Below the pieces are notes generated by a model, which was not told the origin of the DNA, did no database searches, and saw only the letters and a program-made list of their open reading frames with translations. Both the position numbers and the translations under genes were made by a program. Shown here piece after piece: positions 1 to 5,972 of a stretch of 13,937 nucleotides of DNA (the first letter of the stretch is position 1; the number at the start of each line of letters is the position of its first letter). This DNA is from an uncultured cyanobacterium (GTDB lineage Bacteria > Cyanobacteriota > Cyanobacteriia > Cyanobacteriales > Cyanobacteriaceae): the NCBI GenBank assembly GCA_963749915.1, contig CAVVOP010000033.1:1-13937 (forward strand), read 5' to 3'.

Positions 1-56
1 GTTGTATCGTCAATTTGAAAAGTGAGGCAAGTTAATAATGCTAAAATGTCTGGCAT
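1..56 (-). CDS. Transposase N-terminus, partial (18 codons visible)
   Basis: Manual translation MPDILALLTCLTFQIDDT; lies inside the IS end and runs off the window. Confidence 0.6.
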   Translation of the reverse strand, partial: MPDILALLTCLTFQIDDT

Positions 57-90
57 GGACTTTTGTGGAAACTGATACTTGGTTTTTAAT

Positions 91-189
91 CTAGTGGTCT
101 GTCAAGATAGTTTTGAGGGACTGGGAACGGATAATTTTGGATTTTGGAGAATAGTTTTATCCCTCATTTCAAAATGGCCGGACCACTAG
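91..189. mobile_element. MITE family A, copy 1 (99 bp including CTAG at both ends), nested in the IS leader
   Basis: Begins CTAGTGGTCTGTCA and ends TGGCCGGACCACTAG (terminal inverted repeat), with subterminal TGAGGGA/TCCCTCA. Near-identical copy at 7601-7706. Confidence 0.88.
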
Positions 190-253
190 TTTCTTACAAA
201 AGTTCTCTTGACTTCAAGTTTTATTTTCTTTCTTAATTTTGGCGAAGGTATTG

Positions 254-289
254 AATAAAGAGAATTTTTCTGTCAAAAGAGATTAGCAT
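254..289 (-). pseudogene. Duplicate sulfotransferase 5' end (MLISFDRKILFI) interrupted by the IS
   Basis: 36 nt identical to 1566-1601; the frame then reads QYLRQN-stop inside the IS end. Confidence 0.85.
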
Positions 290-510
290 AATTTTTTCTA
301 GATTACTTTGCTGAATAGATTTTTAAGCATTTTTAAGAAGTTAATTGAGAAGTTGCGTTTGTGCTGTTTATTTTCCCAACAATAAATACTATAATAAATA
401 ATAAATAATAAATATAGAAAATCTTTTTTTTGATTATTTTTTACTAATTTTTATTTGCCCGAATTTCTTCCCTTTTGCCTTACCCCCTCCAATCAATTAT
501 ATTTCCTGAA

Positions 511-601
511 CTTGCATTATTCACGAAGATTTGAGAAAATCCTCGAAACCCTTTCCAGAGAATGGTCTCGGCGTGCAACTTCGCTGTGCCTTTGGCATCG
601 C
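511..601. mobile_element. MITE family B, truncated copy (left end only)
   Basis: Starts CTTGCATTATTCA like 1819; similarity to the full copy ends at 601 and no right inverted repeat is seen. Confidence 0.6.
571..601. repeat. SDR5-like 23-nt insert within a HIP1 site
   Basis: GCG[TGCAACTTCGCTGTGCCTTTGGC]ATCGC; removing the insert restores GCGATCGC; two 4-bp-stem, 3-nt-loop hairpins. Confidence 0.7.
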
Positions 602-671
602 ACTTCTAACCAGAGGCTTTTTATCCCCTGCTAATAACCATAAATCTCAACAAATTGATAATTTTGGTAGA

Positions 672-890
672 TTAATTTTTCTGCTGTAACTGCTTAATAA
701 AAGTTAGATGTTTTTCTGTGTTCAAATGTTCTCCTAATTCCGATAAAACTTCTGCCAAATTATAGTTAAGAAGAGAAGTCATCGACAGAACTAACCCCGG
801 AAATATTTGACTTTCAATAAATCCGGAAGAATCTGGTTGTAATGCAAGATATTTACCTTGATCCAGATAAAACCAATCGATACAATAAAA
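672..890 (-). pseudogene. Uma2 (DUF820) family endonuclease C-terminal fragment
   Basis: Manual translation IDWFYLDQGKYLALQPDSSGFIESQIFPGLVLSMTSLLNYNLAEVLSELGEHLNTEKHLTFIKQLQQKN*. IDWF...Y...S.IFPGL.L is typical of a Uma2 C-terminus. N-terminal catalytic part absent; not in the ORF track. Confidence 0.8.
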
Positions 891-1601
891 CTAAAACGAA
901 TAGTCAAATAATTCTAACTCTTTGTTGTGAAGTTTTTCGACAAGTTTTTTGCTATGAGAATTATAGAATTCCTGATAGCTACAAGATTCTTGTTTTGAGT
1001 TTAATTTAGGGATGTTTTCTAATTCTAGATTAATGAGTTTTGATAGTTTTTTTAGATCTTGGTCAATACTTTCTACCTTACCAATAAAGTTCATGAGTAA
1101 ATTATTATTGCTATCAGCTATAAAACTAAGCTGTGGAGATTTAAGATTACCATTTTGGATTTTCCACTCCAAGTATTGTTCTAATGATAAAGACTGAGAG
1201 TGAATAAATGAATAAAGTGGATGGTATTTTGTGCGTTTAATATACTCATAATCAGAAACTTCTTTTGCCCAAGGATTTCTAACAAAAGCAAATTTGAACA
1301 AACTATTATATAGTTGTTTGCCTAAAATTCTTTGGACATCAATGGCTTTTGCATGGCTCAAATTATCAGAGTTAATCACACCTGCTTTAATTCCTAGAGG
1401 ACTATTAATGTATAAAATTCTTTTATGAACATGAAGTTTAAAGAACCGTTGACCGTAATGTAAAGGTAGATTTAGTAGTTTATTAATATTTGAGTTATTA
1501 GGATTCTCCAAACCCAATGGAATAAAAAGACTTCTTATTGATGTCCCTGCATTCTTAGGAATATGAATAAAGAGAATTTTTCTGTCAAAAGAGATTAGCA
1601 T
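891..1601 (-). CDS. Sulfotransferase family 2 protein
   Basis: 236 aa; PAPS-binding motifs FIHIPKNAGTS and FAFVRNPW..EVSDY; C-terminal FIGKVE and LELFDYSF. Confidence 0.9.
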   Translation of the reverse strand: MLISFDRKILFIHIPKNAGTSIRSLFIPLGLENPNNSNINKLLNLPLHYGQRFFKLHVHKRILYINSPLGIKAGVINSDNLSHAKAIDVQRILGKQLYNSLFKFAFVRNPWAKEVSDYEYIKRTKYHPLYSFIHSQSLSLEQYLEWKIQNGNLKSPQLSFIADSNNNLLMNFIGKVESIDQDLKKLSKLINLELENIPKLNSKQESCSYQEFYNSHSKKLVEKLHNKELELFDYSF

Positions 1602-1910
1602 AATTTTTTCTAGATTACTTTGCTGAATAGATTTTTAAGCATTTTTAAGAAGTTAATTGAGAAGTTGCGTTTGTGCTGTTTATTTCCCCAACAATACTAT
1701 AATAAATAATAAATAATAAATATAGAAAATCTTTTTTTTGATTATTTTTTACTAATTTTTATTTGCCCGAATTTCTTCCCTTTTGTCTTAGCCCCTCCAA
1801 TCAATTATATTTCCTGAACTTGCATTATTCACGAAGGTTTGAGAAAATCCTCGAAACCCTTACCTGAAAGGTTATCTAGCGTGCAGCTTCGCTGATGCCC
1901 TTGGCATCGC
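1566..1910. repeat. Direct repeat copy 2 (of 254-601)
   Basis: Direct sequence comparison; covers the first 12 codons, the upstream region and the left part of MITE B. Confidence 0.95.
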
Positions 1911-1979
1911 CCTGAAAAACAGTCTGTTTTTTGATGTTTGCTCATAATCAGGGTTTTGGCGTTTGATGAATAATTCAGG
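1819..1979. mobile_element. MITE family B, full copy (~161 bp)
   Basis: Terminal inverted repeats CTTGCATTATTCA / TGAATAATTCAGG (11/13 match, extendable by AA/TT); internal GAAACCCT / AGGGTTTT; truncates the gene at 1980-2059. No target duplication seen. Confidence 0.7.
1879..1910. repeat. SDR5-like 24-nt insert within a HIP1 site
   Basis: GCG[TGCAGCTTCGCTGATGCCCTTGGC]ATCGC; hairpins CAGC-TTC-GCTG and TGCC-CTT-GGCA. Confidence 0.72.
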
Positions 1980-2059
1980 TTAGGACATTCCTGATCATAT
2001 TTGTTCCAATGTTCATGAACATCTCCTATTACTGCAATTTTAATGATTGTTTTGGTCAT
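1980..2059 (-). pseudogene. N-terminal fragment of a metallophosphoesterase (TIGR04168/DevT-like)
   Basis: MTKTIIKIAVIGDVHEHWNKYD carries the first calcineurin-like motif (GDxH); the rest of track ORF 1829-2059 is read-through into MITE B. Confidence 0.75.
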
Positions 2060-2159
2060 GGAAATATTAGCTTAATAAATAGTTACGTTTTTTAAGATTG
2101 TTGCGTAAAATTAGAACGAGTTAAAGGTGATTTTATGTTGAGGGAAAAAGGACTAAATA

Positions 2160-2168
2160 TGGTAAAAT
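2160..2168 (+). promoter_or_regulatory. Possible extended -10 promoter element for the TPR gene
   Basis: TGGTAAAAT (TGn-TAAAAT) about 40 nt upstream of the ATG at 2210. Confidence 0.35.
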
Positions 2169-2209
2169 GTCAAATTAATAATAAAAAATATAGAAAAAAA
2201 AGTTAACTT

Positions 2210-2737
2210 ATGAATGAGAATCTACCAGTAGTTTATATTTCTATTTTATTGGGTTTACTAGCTATAGTTGCCCTTATTTTACTTAGACAAATTATCAAAA
2301 CAAGAAAAGTAGAAGGCCGTTTTTCTCAATTGCAAAATAAACTAAAAAATCAAAAAGGTAGTGCTCAAGAATATTACGAATTAGCCAGTATTTATTTAGA
2401 TAAAAAACTCTTTGTTCAAGCAGTACAATTATTACAAAGAGCTCTAAAATTTGAAGCTGAACTTGAGCCAGAAAATAAGGCGTTAATATATAATGCCCTT
2501 GGTTTTGCCTACTTTTCTCAAGAACAATATGACATCGCTATTCGTAACTATAAAGAGGCTATTAAACTCTATCCCGAATATACTATTGCCCTCAATAATT
2601 TAGGTAATGTCTATGAGAAAAAACAATTAGTTTCTCAAGCCTTGGATTGCTATAAACAAACTTTACAATCCGATTCTAAAAATACCATCGCCCTTAAACG
2701 AGTGCAATCTTTGGAAAAACGTCTAGTAATCAATTAA
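2210..2737 (+). CDS. ycf37: Ycf37-like TPR protein (photosystem I assembly)
   Basis: 175 aa; N-terminal transmembrane helix (LPVVYISILLGLL) followed by TPRs (YELASIYLDKK, YNALGFAYF, ALNNLGNVY). Confidence 0.85.
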   Translation: MNENLPVVYISILLGLLAIVALILLRQIIKTRKVEGRFSQLQNKLKNQKGSAQEYYELASIYLDKKLFVQAVQLLQRALKFEAELEPENKALIYNALGFAYFSQEQYDIAIRNYKEAIKLYPEYTIALNNLGNVYEKKQLVSQALDCYKQTLQSDSKNTIALKRVQSLEKRLVIN

Positions 2738-2790
2738 CAATTAATTTCTTTTTGTCCACCTGTCTCCCGGTCTTTCCCCAAACTCAGTGC

Positions 2791-3405
2791 TTATAATTCT
2801 TCGTCTTTCCAGCGTTTTAAGGGTACACAATCAACACCAAGTTGATCCAAGGTGCGGGCGATGACAAAATCTACTAAATCTTCGATGGTTTGGGGTTTAT
2901 GATACCATGCCGGGATGGCAGGAACGATTTTGGCTCCGGCTTCGGCTAAGTTGGTTAAATTTCTCAGGTGAATTAAGCTCAAAGGAGTTTCACGGGGTAC
3001 AACTACTAAAGGCTTATTTTCTTTTAATTGCACATCCGCCGCCCTTTCTAGTAAATCCGAACTTAAACCGTTGCTGATTTTCGCCACGGTACTCATGCTA
3101 CAAGGAATAACCACCATCCCTAATGTCCGAAATGAACCACTAGCAATACTTGCACCGACATCCCCCCAACGGTGACAAATCAATTTTCCCTGGGTTGGTA
3201 AGTTCAAGTGCGATCGCCAAAATTTTTCTTGAGTATCGGGATCTTGAGGTACTTTTATATTATCTTCTTCCTGCCATACCATATAACTTGCTTTGGAGGC
3301 CACAACATTTATCGTAAAATTGGCTTCTAAGAGATATTTAATCGTCCTGACAGCGTAAATCATCCCTGAGGCACCACTAATACCGATAATTATTGGTTTA
3401 TTCAT
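2791..3405 (-). CDS. ubiX: Flavin prenyltransferase UbiX
   Basis: GISGASG, IASGSF, PCSMST, RAADVQLKE, PRETP motifs. Confidence 0.95.
   Translation of the reverse strand: MNKPIIIGISGASGMIYAVRTIKYLLEANFTINVVASKASYMVWQEEDNIKVPQDPDTQEKFWRSHLNLPTQGKLICHRWGDVGASIASGSFRTLGMVVIPCSMSTVAKISNGLSSDLLERAADVQLKENKPLVVVPRETPLSLIHLRNLTNLAEAGAKIVPAIPAWYHKPQTIEDLVDFVIARTLDQLGVDCVPLKRWKDEEL
3210..3217. repeat. HIP1 octamer GCGATCGC (also 3850-3857, 6636-6643, 6702-6709, 11040-11047)
   Basis: Five exact copies in an AT-rich 14-kb window; a cyanobacterial signature. Confidence 0.9.
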
Positions 3406-3474
3406 TATTTAAGGATTCGGCCAAAATATTTTGCCGGGGATGAAATGTCAAGTCTAGTAAATAATTGTTCATTG

Positions 3475-4221
3475 CTAAATAATCCCTTCAAATTCCAATT
3501 CTTCGATCATTTGTAGTCCACGGGGATCACCTAACTTCAATAAAGCGGCTTTAGCATCTTCTTGTACCCCTAAATCTTCATCTTCCACTAAAGCTTCGAT
3601 TAAGGCATCAATGGCAGTAGCATATACCACATTATAGGGCAATTCTCGACACAATTTGCCGATGGTCCAGGCAGAATTACTCCGGACTGCGGCAATACTA
3701 TCTTGTCTCAAGGATTTGAGGACGAAGGGAATCGCTGTAATCGTATCTTCGTAATTCAATTTGGCAATATTCGCAATACTACTAGAAGCCCACAATCTCA
3801 CTGCACCAATATCATTTTTTAAGGCCTTGAGAAGAGGTTCAAAAGCACGGCGATCGCCGCTATTTCCTAAGGCCCAAACAACCCCTTTACGAACATAACC
3901 GTTGAAATCGTGATTGAGGGTATGAATTAAAGGTTCAACGGCGGCAACGCTAGTATTACGTCCTAAAGCATAAGCAGCACTAACTCGAATCAGAGGACAA
4001 TTACTGGTTAATTGTTGTATTAAGCTAGGTATAGCACGGGTATCGGTAATTTCACAAAAAGCCCGGACAGCCTGAATTAACTCCTGTTTATCTTTACTAT
4101 GAAGCAACTGCAACATTACCTCAGGATCGGGAGCAGGGGTAGTTTCCTCCTCAATCATGTCTAAAGGATCGAGAGAAGAATCAAAATCAATGGCGGTTTG
4201 ACTTAAACTTGGATCATTCAT
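3475..4221 (-). CDS. HEAT-repeat (PBS lyase HEAT-like) protein
   Basis: Repeats IRVSAAYALG, VRKGVVWALG, VRSNSAWTIG. ATG 4221 preferred because the track start at 4251 is a TTG inside a tandem repeat. Confidence 0.85.
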   Translation of the reverse strand: MNDPSLSQTAIDFDSSLDPLDMIEEETTPAPDPEVMLQLLHSKDKQELIQAVRAFCEITDTRAIPSLIQQLTSNCPLIRVSAAYALGRNTSVAAVEPLIHTLNHDFNGYVRKGVVWALGNSGDRRAFEPLLKALKNDIGAVRLWASSSIANIAKLNYEDTITAIPFVLKSLRQDSIAAVRSNSAWTIGKLCRELPYNVVYATAIDALIEALVEDEDLGVQEDAKAALLKLGDPRGLQMIEELEFEGII

Positions 4222-4241
4222 ATAAAATAATGATACATGAG

Positions 4242-4274
4242 CAATTAACAATTAACAATTAACACTTAACAATT
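4242..4274. repeat. STRR-type heptamer tandem repeat (CAATTAA x ~4.7)
   Basis: caattaa caattaa caattaa cacttaa caatt; shorter relatives at 2731-2744, ~5161-5197, ~10511-10536 and ~11452-11476. Confidence 0.85.
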
Positions 4275-4294
4275 TATGGTGGTCTTTTCAGGTT

Positions 4295-4807
4295 ATGGAT
4301 CAAGATCAAGTAAAATTAAAGATCGAGAATGGGAATTGTGCCATCGCCTTAGGAAGCAACTTAGGAGATACTTTAACTATTCTTAATAATGCCGTTAATA
4401 AAATCGCCAATATTGCCGAAATTGTCCTGATTTCTCGTTCCACATGGCATCAAACTAAACCCATAGGGCCTCCCCAACCTGACTATTTAAACGGCTGTAT
4501 CACCATCAAAACTACCCTTTTGCCAGAAGATTTATTACAGTGTTTATTCGACATTGAACAGGAATTTGGACGAGAAAGAAAGGAAAGATGGGGAGCGAGG
4601 ACTTTGGATTTAGATATAATTCTCTATGATGATCTAATAATTGATACCCCTAACTTACAGATCCCTCATCCGAGAATGAAAGAAAGGCTTTTTGTGTTGA
4701 TGCCTTTAACAGAAATTGCTTGTAATTGGGTTGATCCCCTCACGAAATTAACCATTAGTCAACTTTTAGATTCCTATCTTCAGGGCAAACCCACACACCG
4801 ATTCTGA
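4295..4807 (+). CDS. folK: 2-amino-4-hydroxy-6-hydroxymethyldihydropteridine diphosphokinase
   Basis: IALGSNLG, QPDYLN, ERWGARTLDLDI, PHPRMKERLFVL. Confidence 0.96.
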   Translation: MDQDQVKLKIENGNCAIALGSNLGDTLTILNNAVNKIANIAEIVLISRSTWHQTKPIGPPQPDYLNGCITIKTTLLPEDLLQCLFDIEQEFGRERKERWGARTLDLDIILYDDLIIDTPNLQIPHPRMKERLFVLMPLTEIACNWVDPLTKLTISQLLDSYLQGKPTHRF

Positions 4808-4918
4808 CTAGGTCTTCCGCCATACTGCTCGGAAGCGTGCTGAAAACGTTGTCGTTGGGACGAAGTAATGGGACAGGCTCTTTGCATTGCCTTCAATTTG
4901 AAGCTTCTTTGCACCCTG
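4781..4918. other. Unidentified GC-rich structured element (ncRNA, riboswitch-like or small mobile element)
   Basis: 71/138 GC by hand count; ends CAGGGCAAA and TTTGCACCCTG can pair; hairpins CTTCCG/CGGAAG, AACG/CGTT and CTTCA/TGAAG. Confidence 0.45.
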
Positions 4919-4922
4919 GTGA

Positions 4923-5156
4923 TCAATTATAAATACTAATTTCGGCTAAATCTCTCAATGTTTGTTGGGCTTCTTCTTCATCGATTATACTTAAAGCAAA
5001 GCCCACATGAACAATTACATAATTCCCGATTTTCACCTCTGGGGTATAGGCAAGACTAACTTCTTTGAGAATACCACCAAAACTGACCTTCCCCTTTTTT
5101 TCTAAGGGATTTACCCCTTCAATACTGATAACTTTTCCCGGTATCGCTAAACACAT
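4923..5156 (-). CDS. hypC: Hydrogenase maturation chaperone HypC
   Basis: MCLAIPGK N-terminus, YVIVHVGFAL, DEEEAQQTL. Confidence 0.97.
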   Translation of the reverse strand: MCLAIPGKVISIEGVNPLEKKGKVSFGGILKEVSLAYTPEVKIGNYVIVHVGFALSIIDEEEAQQTLRDLAEISIYN

Positions 5157-5397
5157 AACATTAATTGATAATGAATAATTAATAATAGATAATTAAATTA
5201 TTTCGAGATTTTTTACCCTATGATAATTGTGATGATATAAGAGTCTCTAAAGATTTTAATATGAATTAAAGTAACTAATTATTATTATATGTTAAGTTTG
5301 TGATTTCCCCTAGGATTATTCTTATAAAATAAGAAGGAATAAAAGACAAGATTAACTATTTGAGGGGTTATTTTCCTGATAATAAAGGAAGATAAAT

Positions 5398-5916
5398 ATG
5401 CAGAAAATGCTTAATACTATGTTAAAATCTCCACCAAAAAAAGCCAACATGGCGGATAAACGTTTCAAAGTATTAGATATAACCATTAAACGCAATCAAA
5501 ATCGTCAGGATGCACTTATTGAAATTTTACATAAAGCTCAATCTTCTTTCGGTTATTTAGAAGAGGATGTCCTAACTTACATTGCCCATCAACTGAAGTT
5601 ACCGTTAAGTCAGGTTTTTGGGGTAGCTACTTTTTATCATCTTTTTTCCCTGAAGCCTCCAGGGGCCCATAGCTGTGTAGTTTGTCTCGGTACCGCTTGT
5701 TATGTCAAAGGTTCATCAGACTTGCTGGATAAATTGGCACAGGAAACAAATTTACATCCGGGAGAAACTTCTACGGATGGTCGGGTATCGTTAATGACTG
5801 CCCGTTGTATTGGTGCTTGTGGTTTAGCCCCTGCGGCGGTTTTCGATGGCAAAGTTTGCGGGAAACAAACCGGTGAGTTGGTTTTGGCACAAGTCAAAGA
5901 ATGGCTTGATGGCTAA
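5398..5916 (+). CDS. hoxE: Bidirectional hydrogenase subunit HoxE
   Basis: ALIEILHKAQ..FGYL, GVATFYHLF, 2Fe-2S motifs CLGTAC and CIGAC; AAAGGAAG upstream of ATG 5398; later ATG starts possible. Confidence 0.95.
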   Translation: MQKMLNTMLKSPPKKANMADKRFKVLDITIKRNQNRQDALIEILHKAQSSFGYLEEDVLTYIAHQLKLPLSQVFGVATFYHLFSLKPPGAHSCVVCLGTACYVKGSSDLLDKLAQETNLHPGETSTDGRVSLMTARCIGACGLAPAAVFDGKVCGKQTGELVLAQVKEWLDG

Positions 5917-5972
5917 TGGCAGTTCAAAGTAGTTCATAAAGATTAATTATCAGTTATTGGGAGAGTTATTTT

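Larger units (their letters stand above)
1..253 (-). mobile_element. Left end of a probable IS4-family insertion sequence (continues beyond window start)
   Basis: Minus strand starts CAATACCTTCGCCAAAAT at 253, exactly where identity to the sulfotransferase duplicate stops. A downstream ATG at 56 opens MPDILALLTCLTFQIDDT. Both resemble, from memory, cyanobacterial IS4-family ends and transposase N-termini. Confidence 0.7.
254..601. repeat. Direct repeat copy 1 (of 1566-1910)
   Basis: By eye, 254-553 vs 1566-1861 differ by 4 substitutions and one 4-nt indel; 554-601 vs 1862-1910 are related but diverged. Confidence 0.95.

Noticed and set aside
1829..2059. 76-aa ORF as a real protein
   Set aside because: Chimera of a phosphoesterase N-terminus and read-through into MITE B.
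4778..4914. Short minus-strand ORF (VQRSFKLKAMQRACP...CVGLP*) in the structured element; also 6S, SRP, cobalamin or glnA riboswitch and hammerhead identities
   Set aside because: No recognisable protein family. Only fragmentary motif matches (AGTCAGAA, CTGTCCC, GAAGTAA) without the required core structures.
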